Shown here: positions 25,805 through 36,245 of the stretch, piece after piece | Layout: each line of letters opens with the position of its first letter | Position numbering within the stretch: the first letter of the stretch is position 1 | From: Saccostrea echinata | Taxonomy: Eukaryota | Length of the DNA: 64,000 nucleotides | Assembly: GCF_033153115.1 (NCBI RefSeq) | Contig: NW_026889801.1 | Location: 9,300,001 to 9,364,000, forward strand | Reading direction: 5' to 3' | The notes under the pieces: generated by a model | Databases searched by the model: none | What the model was told of the DNA's origin: nothing | The model's input: the letters and a program-made list of their open reading frames with translations, nothing else | Made by a program: the position numbers and the translations under genes

Positions 25805-28800
25805 CATTGTCCGTCTGTCTGTCCGTCTGTCTGTCCGTCCGTCCGTCTGTAAACTTTTCACATTTTCAACTTCTTCTCAAGAACCACTTGGCCAATTTTA
25901 ACCAAAGCACAAAGCATACTTGGGTGAAGGGAAAGTTAAATTGTTAAAATGAAGGGCCAGGCCCCCTTACAAGGGGAGATAATCAAGAAAAGGCAAAAAT
26001 AGGGTAGGGTCATTAGAAAATCTTCTTCTCAAGAACCACTTGGCCAGAAAAGCTGAAACTTATGTGGAAGCATCCTGGGGTAGTGTAGATTCTAAATTGT
26101 TCAAATCATGACCCCTGGGGGTAGGATGGGGCCACAATAGGGAATCCAAGTTTAACATTGAAATATTTAGAAAAAATCTTCTCAAGAACCACTGAACCAG
26201 AAAGGCTGAAACTTATGTGGAAGCATCCTGGGGTAGTGTAGATTCTAAATTGTTAAAAACATGACCCCCGAGGTAGGGTGGGGCCACAATAGGGAATCCA
26301 AGTTTTACATTGAAATATATTGAAAAAAAAATCTTAAAAAATCTTCTTCTCAAGGACCATTCGGTCAGAAAACCTGAAACTTATGTGAAAGTATCTTGGG
26401 TCAGTGTAGATTCTAAATTTAAAAAAAAAAAAATAAGGACCCCTAGGGGTAGGGCGGGGCCACAATAGGGAATCCATTTTTTACATTGAAATATATACGA
26501 AAAATCTTTAAAAATCTTCTTCTCAAGAACCACTGGGCCAGAAAAGCTAAAACTGATATGGAAGTATCCTGGGGTAGTGTAGATTATAAATTGTTAAAAT
26601 CATGACCCCTGGGATAGGATAGGACCACAATAGGTGTATTTCATGGGGGAAAGTCTGGTGAAGAACAGCAGGGCCAAAGTTACTCAGGTGAGCGTTGTGG
26701 CCCATGGGCCTCTAGTTAATTGAATGGCATAGTTCATATGCAGATGTTTGATCACATTAGCATTGTTCATACTTGTAACCGAATTTTGTAAAAGTAAAGT
26801 AATTGTTTCTAGGTTATTGCATACGACAGAAAAAGTGAAAAACCATCTGAAAAAACAGCCACTGTGGTTCTAACTCTCTTAGACATTAATGACAAAGCGC
26901 CCGTGTTCGAACCGAAAGAATATACTTTTCCCTTACCCCTTAATCCGAGCATAGGCCACATCATTGGACATGTGAAGGTATTTAAGTTTCTGAAAGGAAA
27001 GTCATTAGAAGTTTTTTTGAGCTTTATCTTTACAAATGTTGATTGCTTATACTTAAGTTTTAAGCCAGAAGATTTATATTTTTTAACATCTTTCTCTTAG
27101 GCACACGACGGTGACGAAGAAAATACACCGAATTCAGCAATAACATACAAACTGGAACAGACTTTGTAGGTTTACTTTGATTATCCACCCTTAGTAAAAT
27201 ATCAAATGTGTGTCTTTATGGCTTCAATTCTATGAACAAATTTTATAAACAATTATTCTTATATCATTTTTTAAAAAAATATGCAAAATAATTTTTTTCA
27301 CTCAGATCTTCAAATATGTTCTCGATTAACAATGAAACGGGAGAAATTAAGATTGAAAAAGTACCACCAGTATCTACAAGCCTTATTGAGTTAGCAGCAA
27401 TTGCCAAGGATCATGGAGATCCATCACTCCAGTCTTACGCCCAAATACTAGTATTTATCTTAATATTTTGCTTTCTTGTGCATAATTATATAAACTTAAG
27501 ACTCCTTTACGTTTAATACTTATTTCTTGCATTTCAGAGATTAAAGAGATCGAGAAAGGAAAGTACAATAGTTTTAGTATGAATTGTTTGAATTTTACAG
27601 CTATCAAGAACTTTGGTAGTAGGAAAGACAGTGCAATTTACCGTACCAGAGAGTAAGGATGATGTCCTGAAGCGTAAAGCAGATATTCAAAGGTATATAG
27701 AGGATATTCAATGTTTTGCAGTTGGATGTTGAATTTATTTCACGGGTGGGAGGGGATTTTTTTTTATATCTTCACTTGTGCGAAGCATGAGTGAATCTTA
27801 AAAAAAATCCTGTCTCATTAGTGAAATAAATTCAATATTCAACTCGTGACGTCATAGTTGAGCGGTTGAGACGTCGATCATAGCTTAGTGATTAATAGAT
27901 TGAACACATTGTAAACAGGAATTTCAACACCATATTTTGGGAAACAGTTTGTCAGTTTCAGTCTCTGTAAGCATGGTTTATTTACTCTATCTTATAACAA
28001 ATCAAAGAGTATTTTTTACACTCTTGAATGGAAGGAAAATCGATGGGGATTACCTCACCTTTGATATTCTTCACAGGTTGACAAAATACTCCTTTTATTA
28101 GTCCCCTACCGGTGAAACCGGAGGGGACTATAGGTTTCCTCTGAGTCTGTCCGTCCGTCTGTCCGTCTGTCTGTCTGTCCCTCTGTCTGTCTGTCCCTCT
28201 GTCTGTCTGTTAGTCTGTCCCACTTGGTTTTCCGCATTTTTTTCCTAAACGCTTGCAGATATTGAGCTGATTTTTGGTATGTGAGTGTATCTTGATGAGT
28301 TACAGATCAAGTTTGCATTTCGTTCCGCTTCATTGATTTTTGACGGAATTACGACCTTTTCAATTTTTACGGGTTTTCCGCAATTTTCTTCTAAACGCTT
28401 GTAGATATTGAGCTGATTTTTTGTATGTGGCTTTACCTAGATTAGTTATAGATCAAGTTTGCATTTCGTCCCGCTTCATTAATTTTTGACGGAATTATGG
28501 CATTTTCAATTCTTAACGGGAACGGAACCAGATTACACCTGCCGGTAGGGGACTAGTATTGCTAATGGAATACTCTCAGAATGCTTGTTCAATAAATAAA
28601 TTACAACATTTCACTCTTGAAGCTCCAATAAAAATCATTATGCTGGTTTTTACATTTTACAAATTTGTTTAATGAATTTTTTTTTTTTTGCTTTCTTAAA
28701 AAATCTTTCTTACAAAATGTTTGACAAAGAAAACGTGATGACTGATAGCAAACAAAACGTAATAGTTAATTTTTTTTTTATTTTTAAATTAATTTTGCAA

Positions 28801-28944
28801 TTCATAAATTTACTAACCCTTAAACTATCTTTTTTTGAATTAAGTATGTGTATATATTTATTTTTAGAGACATCGGTAAAATAATGAATTTAACAGTATT
28901 TGTGGATAAAATAGAAGAAGTTAGAGGAGAGAAACACTCGTAAG

Positions 28945-29012
<68 letters not shown>

Positions 29013-30881
29013 CAACAGACAAATTTTTCGTTATCATAAACTTATATCAGTTAAATTCATATTTACATCATGTTGATTTGAACCGATTCCTTTACCTTTG
29101 CAGGAGTTATTTGAATATAACAGCAAAGTTTAAAAATGATACAGATGTCAGTGGTGAAGTTCTGCAAGGGTAATCATTCTTAATTAATCTATACAAATAT
29201 AATTATACTGTAACCCTACAAGTATTAGTGACATTACGTGACAATTAGCATTTGGGTTTCTAACATCCCCCTAGTATTGTATCATCAAATAATGATATGA
29301 TTTCAATACTAATGAATGAGTTAGAAAAATTCATTTTATTTATATCCAACAGTACAATAAAACTTCCTGTTTCAGTAATGGAAATATACCTTTAACCTTT
29401 CTCCTTTTCAAAGCCTAACTGGGCACACTTGATTTTACAGAGATGTCAACAGAACTTAGATTTTCCATTCAATAATATATAAAGAATTGTCATATTAAAA
29501 CCTAAGAATTTTTTTAAGGAAAGTTGAAAGGTCAACCCCAGAAACAAATTGTTGTTTAGTCTTCAATTAATTTGAAAGAACATTTATCACTCTCTTCTCG
29601 TTTTTAAATGTTTTAAAATGCAGGTTTTGATTATTTCTCTTATTCAATTTCCTCTAACAGTATGGTTTTAGAACACATGAGTGCGATTCTTGCTATTTTC
29701 TCCGTGGAAGTGCCAGAGAAATTGGTCAGTACTGAAGAAAGTTTTCCAGCCGCAGTCATTGCACTAATTGCGATCTGTGGAGTGATGTTCATCGGTACAA
29801 TCATCCTTATAGGTGTCATATATACCACAACAAGAAGGTATAATAAATGGAAATGAATTTCAGATTTTTTAAACACTCTTAAAATATTTAATATCTTGTT
29901 AATACGCCGCTGTCTTGTATTAAATTATCTTCATTGTTATAATATATAACTGTTTTGTTGTAAAGGTTTAAGAAATATAAACAGCTTAGCGACCATCTTA
30001 CACGAAGGAGTTCCTTGTACGAATCGCAAGAGATGAAGATTCAAATGACAGACGAGCAAACCTCAGATTATAACGGATCTATTAATGGATCCCATGATTT
30101 GCCAAGTCTACATAATGCGATAACTGGCGAGCTTAAAGAAGGTGTTGTATCAGCATTTACAAATCCAGTTTATCCTGTTGACGAAGAAACCTTGGTAAAA
30201 TTGGATCCTGCAGAAGAAGAGGCACAACAGACTCTGAATGATTTGGCAGACCATCTTGATGCAGAAGATACCAATATCTTGCCTGTGGACAGCTATAATC
30301 CATCCGAGAGTGACATAGAGGTCGAAATTAAACCAGATTACGATGGACCAAATGACTATGTTAATGCTCCTCTAAAATTTGGAGAAAATAGTGCATCCGG
30401 ATACGAAAACGTCACGAATTTGTCAAAATCATCGGATGTTGCGGAAGATTATCCAAATGACAGGAGAGATACTGATTTGATTAAAGATGAAGACAATAAA
30501 CGTGAACAAAATGAGGACGAAGATGAACCAAATCCGGATTATGAGGTCAAGGCCGTTCGCTTCTCGACTCAAGTGCTAGACACAGACGAAAATAAATTCG
30601 AACCTTTGAAAGAAAAAGATAGTACTGATGCCAAAAAAGATGAAGAGTCTGGAGAAGACATCGATGAGAGAGAGGAAGATATCGATTCACAAGAAGATGG
30701 AGAAGAAGGAGACGATAACTCGAGAGAAGACCTTGACCAAGGGAAAGATGATGATTTTGGGGATGGTATTGAAATTGAACGCATCGATGAGGAAATTCTG
30801 TCTCCAAACGAAACACTTCCAGACGACAATGACTCAGATGAGGATAATATTCCTCACTTTGACTTTGATACCAAACTGTGA
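13079..30881 (+). CDS. Cadherin-related single-pass membrane protein (~972 aa; 5 EC-like repeats, membrane-adjacent domain, TM, acidic tail, C-terminal DTKL)
   Basis: Phase-consistent exons: 13057(ATG 13079)-13115, 13216-13278, 13824-13966, 14129-14164, 18313-18411, 18700-18795, 19654-19758, 19873-19989, 21832-21934, 22073-22182, 22352-22525, 25568-25705, 26813-26977, 27101-27165, 27306-27450, 27601-27692, 28868-28939, 29104-29169, 29661-29837, 29966-30881. Cadherin motifs LDYD, DVDDMDPAF, LDRE, DVNDHAPEF, AVDIDEGEN, DINDKAPVF, AKDHGDPSL; TM AAVIALIAICGVMFIGTIILIGVIY. Start codon and first exon uncertain. Confidence 0.9.
14498..14670 (+). repeat. Degenerate 3'-end motif of Penelope-like element
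   Basis: GGGCTTAC..CTACTCCTAGGCACGTGAACCCACCTCTG..TCACTGTTCGCTATTTTCACCTTTT resembles copies at 37141 and 42528. Confidence 0.6.
15225..16015 (+). mobile_element. 5'-truncated, decayed Penelope-like retroelement (Naiad-type RT)
   Basis: Translates to MLGFLIDIIY..FGDQVFQQSVGIPMVTNCTPLLAGLFLYSYD, with RYIDD in another frame; frameshifts; no C-terminal GIY-YIG seen; ends in CACGGCGGGTG..GGGGATGCTCACTCCTCCATGGCACCTGA. Confidence 0.8.
16177..16885. mobile_element. Possible Kolobok-type non-autonomous element
   Basis: TTAA-AGGCAGAGA ... TTTCTGCC-TTAA short inverted termini. Confidence 0.45.
17423..17478. repeat. Exact 28-bp tandem duplication
   Basis: TTATCATGATACAAGGCATTGCTAGGCC x2. Confidence 0.95.
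17590..17986. mobile_element. One-ended hAT-like remnant
   Basis: TATTGCAATACG-type subterminal repeats ending GATACCCGGCCCTA; other terminus not seen. Confidence 0.45.
18827..18907. repeat. Compound microsatellite (CA)n(AT)n(AG)n
   Basis: Direct reading. Confidence 0.95.
22632..22941 (+). mobile_element. tRNA-derived SINE (Meta/MESC-type core)
   Basis: A box GGTAGCTCAGTCTGTAGAG, degenerate B box, core GTGTCACGGCAGGCGTTGGCACGATAAAGATCCCTCACTGCTC, (CAAT)n tail. Confidence 0.85.
23220..23320 (-). repeat. Reverse-oriented Penelope-like 3'-end fragment
   Basis: GTGAAGATAACGAACAGTGATC is nearly the reverse complement of GATCACTATTCGTTATCTTCAC (42662). Confidence 0.6.
23348..23519. mobile_element. 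Small degenerate Tc1/mariner-type MITE
   Basis: TACTGCGAAATCAC ... GTGATTTTAGAGTA termini; related half copy near 21575-21620. Confidence 0.5.
24421..25293 (-). mobile_element. Non-autonomous Helentron-like element with AGGTCAAGGTCA-rich subrepeats
   Basis: Begins AACAAG, ends (GACA)n..TATGCCCCT..AGGGGCATAA palindrome; ~120-140 bp subrepeats (AAGGTCTTGTCACAAG..ATGTGAAATATGAAA). Confidence 0.75.
25757..26718 (+). mobile_element. HINE/Helentron with ~4 Cg170-like monomers, intronic
   Basis: 5' TTTTAGCTCACCTGAGCTGAAAGCTCAAGTGAGC, (CTGT/CCGT)n, ~155-175 bp repeats (TTCTCAAGAACCAC..GTAGATTCTAAATTG), 3' CAGGTGAGCGTTGTGGCCCATGGGCCTCTAGTT. Confidence 0.9.
27695..27860 (-). mobile_element. Fold-back terminus of a DNA element, same family as 32031-32192
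   Basis: ATATAGAGGATATTCAATGTTTTG is the reverse complement of the 32169-32192 end; imperfect hairpin GAATTTATTTCAC..GTGAAATAAATTC. Confidence 0.7.
28095..28589 (+). mobile_element. Non-autonomous Helentron/pearl-like element
   Basis: 5' TAGTCCCCTACCGGTGAAACCGGAGGGGACTA palindrome, (CTGT/CCGT)n, two ~147-bp repeats, 3' CCGGTAGGGGACTA..GCTTGTT. Confidence 0.85.
28947..29011. repeat. (AT)n microsatellite
   Basis: About 32 AT units just after an exon donor. Confidence 0.98.
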
Positions 30882-31200
30882 TATATGCATGTCAAAAATA
30901 TATACTTGACATCTATGGTTTCGTTTTTACTGACTAGTAATCAAAATCTCTTTGCAATAATATTTAGAGTTGTAAAATATATAGGTGTTTTTGTTTAGAG
31001 GAATAAGTTTTGTCAATAATGGATGCAGATAATAAGGAGACCTTCAAGAAATGTGAATTTTGATTTTAAAAAAAACCCAGATATCTATAACGTGTAAAGA
31101 AATCGTATTATTGTGTGAACTTTTGAGTTAAACCAGTTATGTACTGTAAAACGCACGTGCACATTGTTTTGGGTTGTAGTAGAAAAATGAGTCATAACAT

Positions 31201-31427
31201 GTTTTAGGTAGAATGACCCTCCATTTAGAGAGACAATTTAAATGATTCCAGTGCCAGGAGTAATTAGTTTTCGAACATGTTACGAATAAACGACATTAAA
31301 TAACATACCGAAAACGACTGCTGATTTACTTCCAATTTCGCTGTTTTACCAACTTTGCTCAACTCAAAACAGAGCCTTGATTACAAAAAATTATATTTCA
31401 GTGATAAAAGGTCATTCTACTTAAAAC
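31201..31427. mobile_element. Small MITE (Kolobok-like) downstream of the cadherin stop
   Basis: GTTTTAGGTAGAATGACC vs GGTCATTCTACTTAAAAC, 17/18 inverted match. Confidence 0.7.
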
Positions 31428-32030
31428 AAAGAGTGCGTAAGACTGAGATTTTGTTTAAAAAATATGTTTTTATACTTTAATCGATTGCTATGCATATTCT
31501 TGCCTTTGTCTATCACATAAATTTGTGTTTGTTTTGTGTATTGTTGATTTTTTGTGTCGAACACGTATGATTTAAATGCGTTGCCATATTTACTTAAATT
31601 AGATATATACGTATATACTTAAATAGATACCGAGATTTATTACATTTTCAACAGTGAAATACTGTAATTTATTTACTGAATAAAAGTGATATTCTGACAC
31701 AGTGTGGAAGGATAACAAAAATGGTATTCTCACAGTGTGAGAATATCAGAAGTGCGGCAAATCTTACGAAGACACAAAGAGTGTTTTTTTTTTTTTTAAA
31801 AATCCCCGGCTGTTATTAGATAGAGTTAATGAGCCATCCTGACAGAGACTAATAGTAATACTACCAAAGTTTTTTTCCAAACATGTCGTTAAAAAATCCA
31901 TGTTTACAACGTTTTTCAATCTAGCAACTTAGCTATGAAGTCCCAACCGCTCAATTGTGACGTCACAGCCTATGACACTGTATTACGAAAAGACAAAGGC
32001 GGAAATCTAAGAAAATGTAATAAACAGAAA

Positions 32031-32192
32031 ATTCAATGTTTTGTAGATGAATATGGAATTTATTTCACTCGTGAGACAGGATTTTTTTTATATTTTCACT
32101 CGTGCTTCGCACTCGTGAAAATATCAAAAAATCCTGTCCCAGTCTTGAAATAAATTCCATATTCATCTACAAAACATTGAATATCCTCTATA
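32031..32192 (+). repeat. ~150-nt fold-back hairpin at a DNA-element end (possibly Crypton-like)
   Basis: Perfect 37-bp inverted repeat 32031-32067 / 32146-32182 plus inner stem GACAGGATTTTTT..ATATTTTCAC / GTGAAAATAT..AAAAAATCCTGTC; CACTCGTG motifs. Confidence 0.85.
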
Positions 32193-33164
32193 TCACACTG
32201 TAGTAATAACCAGAAAGTAAGGACATTATTTTATCTTTTGAACAGAGGATTGAGCTATGATTTGGAATTACACATATTTCTTGTTTCGAAATTTTAATGT
32301 TATGTTTACTGATATATATTTTCTGATGTACATCATGAAATTAGTTTCAATTAAAAATCTTTCAAAATAATGCAGATTTTCAAATTACAACGTTATCCAA
32401 CCCAATAAAATTATAAATAAAATATATCTTCTTACTGTGTTATCTTTGTATGACAGATTACCGGTATATAAATATTTGATCGTCGCCAAAGAAATATGAA
32501 GTAAAGGTATTTACTTTCAACCCTTCAACAGTAGATTATATCATACAGTCGTTCAGTTGATTTTCTTTTGTGATAAAGTGTTATAAGTACAGTGTGTCTT
32601 GTTTTCCTACTACTCCTGTTCTCTCAGATCATCGTTTAATATCAGTAAGTGTAATAATGGCAATTTTTGGAGCCTAAGAATAAAAGAACCAACAAAGTAA
32701 AGTGATCTAACAGAAAGCGCACATTACCTTGAATAAGGATTTATTTGCTTTTGGTTAATTTACATTATGTATTCTCAGATTATATATGCATACAAAAGTA
32801 AGGTTAAATCACCCAAGGATGATTAGTACAATGTATGTTTTAACAACATTGATTAATGCAAAACATTGCGTTTTTCATAAAATGATGATATATCTATTTG
32901 CAATACAGGTTATAGTTAACTACAGCACCCAGCCTTTTTTTCAGATAATTTAGATTCAAAACATATTTGGAAATTCGTTGACAATGTAATTTTTTATCGC
33001 TTCATGCTCATACATGTAGACATTTAAAGCATTAAATTTTTTGTGTATGATAGGGAAATCGCCACTATTTCTTTTAAAATACAAGTAATCTATAAAAATA
33101 ATCAAAATGATTCAAACAGATATTTCTTGAGAGCGAACATCCTTGATAATTTTTTTTTTCTGCT

Positions 33165-33200
<36 letters not shown>

Positions 33201-34007
33201 ATCACGTCCCTTGTTTGAAAATTGTGTTACCTGAAAACTACATCGGCTACCGATAATGTCTGCCTGCACTAAAGCGAAATGTGTTTGTATTTCTACTTTA
33301 TTACGATTATATTAATACCTTCATGAGAAATAAATTATTAACACATATTTCTAATTTTAAGTATAAGGGGCTAGTAAAAAATATCTTAAAAAAAATAAGA
33401 AGAATATCAGATCATGATGACTTTACACTATTCAAATAACTTAGACACAGAGGAAGAAAGTTATTTATGAAGAAAAACATTCTAGTCCGAGTCACTGTGT
33501 TGTGTTATCGATGACCACCATTGCAAAAGCTGAGAAGTAACTCATCAACGGACGTCAAAACTTATGTAAACTTCCGACTGCTAAATATAGTGCAAGAAAA
33601 AGAGGAAAAGTGATTTTTACTTACATCTGAATATTAAACAGTATAAAATTCAAAATCTAACATGATACATCTTTCTTTTTAGTCTTGCAAGATGCTGTTT
33701 ACATGATTATTTATATTAATCAAGTATAAAACATCAGGGGGAAATGTGGATTCTAAGGATAAAACGTTTCATTTTATTCTTCTTAAAATTATTTATAGAC
33801 ATTTACGGCATATGAAAGTAAAATTTAAAAAGAAATCAGGGTCTTCTGAAACGAATTCGAATTACAATTTATATGTTGAACGAAAAATGAGATTTCAAGA
33901 TTTCGGTGGTCGATGGTTTCCAAAAAGTATTAAGCGCTTTAAAGTCGCCTTATGTATTATTTTCTGATTTTTCAACATTAAACGTAAATATTACTATGTT
34001 ATGACAC

Positions 34008-35015
34008 CTATGTATTTTCTGGCGTATCTGTTTCCAGCTTTGTTTTGCAAAACAGTCCAATTTTGAGTTCTGATATGAATTTATCATCCATAAAAGCGTA
34101 AATAAAAGGGTTCGCCAAATGGTTAATGATATAAAATAACTCAATCATTCTAACAACGCCATATTCTGTAACAGAGAGTCTCTCCCAAATTCCAACTATT
34201 GCACTCTCCAAAATAAACGTAACAAGTCTTGTTATGAAAGATATAATGAAGATTATTGTAATAATCATAAACATCAAAGAGACATTATTGTTCTTTTTCT
34301 TGTCATTTTCTTTTGAGTTGGCCTGATAAAATGTGGACAAAGGTTCCTTCTTCCGTCGAAATATGACTTTGGCTATTTCTGCATATAGAATGGTGAGTGC
34401 AATTGCTTCAGCTAACATAAACAAAGCACAGATGACACTGTGGATTAAAGACGCTGTTTGGGTTGTAGAGGTAAGTCTTCGACAAGCACTTCCTGTCACG
34501 TTCAGTTCTTCGTTGTATACATTCTCTGATCCAAATGTAAAATACGACGGAATAGCAAGCCCAATGGATAAAATTAATGAAAGCAACAAAGACATGCGCC
34601 TCCAAAACAGAGTCATCTGTCCACCAAATGGTTTGCATACTTTCAGGTATCGTTGTACCGAGATTATCAAAAGAATGAAAGCGGAGAGAATGGTTGTTAA
34701 AAATGCCAATGTGAAACTCCAGCTACACAGTTCATTATATTTGAATGTAACAGGGAAGAAGTTAGACATGGCATGTAACGCCACTGATAATATCAGAGCC
34801 AGTAGATCCGCCACAGCTAGATATGGAATGAAATAACGACCATTGTGTCTACCTCGTAGACGGAATCCGTAGACATATAACACGATAATATTCCCGGGAA
34901 CTCCCACAGTTAAAGATACGAACAGGTAAACCGTGCACGGGAGAAAGGAATCAAATCTGATATTATCCCACAACTTAAGTCGGTTTTGCTCTGTTAGATT
35001 GAGGTGAGGATTCAT
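34008..35015 (-). CDS. Intronless rhodopsin-class (class A) orphan GPCR, 335 aa
   Basis: Seven hydrophobic segments; TM1 GN, TM2 LAVADL, TM3 Cys and SVQRY (DRY variant), VCKP, ECL2 Cys, TM7 NPFIY; N-terminal NLT sequon. Confidence 0.93.
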   Translation of the reverse strand: MNPHLNLTEQNRLKLWDNIRFDSFLPCTVYLFVSLTVGVPGNIIVLYVYGFRLRGRHNGRYFIPYLAVADLLALILSVALHAMSNFFPVTFKYNELCSWSFTLAFLTTILSAFILLIISVQRYLKVCKPFGGQMTLFWRRMSLLLSLILSIGLAIPSYFTFGSENVYNEELNVTGSACRRLTSTTQTASLIHSVICALFMLAEAIALTILYAEIAKVIFRRKKEPLSTFYQANSKENDKKKNNNVSLMFMIITIIFIISFITRLVTFILESAIVGIWERLSVTEYGVVRMIELFYIINHLANPFIYAFMDDKFISELKIGLFCKTKLETDTPENT

Positions 35016-36245
35016 TTTCTATTAAACAATACAGAAACAGTTCAAGCCTTTATGTTGTTTCTTATCATATCTGCTCCCAAAAGTGTTTCAAAGGTGGCTT
35101 TCTTGCTTGAAAATCAAATTCCAATTAAAAATAAATTAGGTGAACCACCAAAAAACACCTCAGTGTTTATGCTCTTCATAAATCGGTTATTCCGTGTAAA
35201 TTCACGGAACAAAATATTTTAACAAAATCCCTCTAGTTGATTAAGAAAGCGAAAAAAATCATCCTTTAAAAGGAAGTAGCTCTTAAGTACTTATAAATAG
35301 GTCATGTGATCCATTAACTCCAAGTTAAAAGTATTTCATTTCCAATGAATATAATCTATTACTTAAGTTGAATAGAAATTGAACTTAAGGAAATATTAAA
35401 ATTAAACAAAAAATATAAAAAGTTACATAACTAAATTAAAGCAATTGTGCCCACTTTCCATAACCGTGAATGTACATGCTTATTACAACATAAATTTTAG
35501 AAATGAGTGTCTAAAGGGTTTCAGACATGACAAGACATAAAAAAGACAAAGCACATATATTCGCACACTTCAACCTTTCGAATCTTGAGTCATGTCTTCT
35601 AGCAATGTCGTCAATACCTTTTCTTCACCATCTTCACAAGATAAAAATCCACAATACAATGTCATTCAGAATTTGTATTTAAGAAGCCGCCCCACCCTTG
35701 AAAATATACTGTTACTACTTAGCAGGGCTCTAAATAGGGATTAATTTAGTCACCAGAGCGCCTAAAAAATTTGATTGGCGCCCAGAATTTCTCTATAAAT
35801 CGCCAAATTGGCGACATTTTAAATTGACTGGGCGAAAAAGACAATGGGAATTGGCAAACTCTTGAATGCTTTATATTAACATAAGTAAATGTACTAAGAT
35901 TCCTTTGTAATAAGGTGAAATTCTCATTAGCATACATTTCCTTCAACGTCCAAATATCCAAGTAATTCTCTCTTATTACACTACACAATTAAACATCGTT
36001 TTAAAAAAGTCCATTGTGTTAACCATTTACAAAGATTTACAAAGTTTTGTGTACATTTAAGCAATGAAATCAGACCAGGATGAAAAATTCAGAATTCAGA
36101 GGAAAGGTTCACACCCTTATATTGATACTTCTAAAACTGAGACTTACCGAAATAAATAACACAAAAGAATTTAAGATTTTCAAAAAAAATCTTTATTTCA
36201 TATTTTAAGAATGAACTTTTGTAACTTTTTATATGCCCATTTCTG

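Noticed and set aside
27538-27562. Possible micro-exon in the cadherin gene
   Set aside because: Not needed (27450 joins 27601 in frame) and it would need a non-canonical donor or shift the frame.
30547-30909. Overlapping and antisense ORFs on the cadherin tail
   Set aside because: Shadows of a compositionally biased acidic exon.
34333-34836. 167-aa ORF antisense to the GPCR
   Set aside because: Antisense shadow, non-ATG start, no recognisable motifs.
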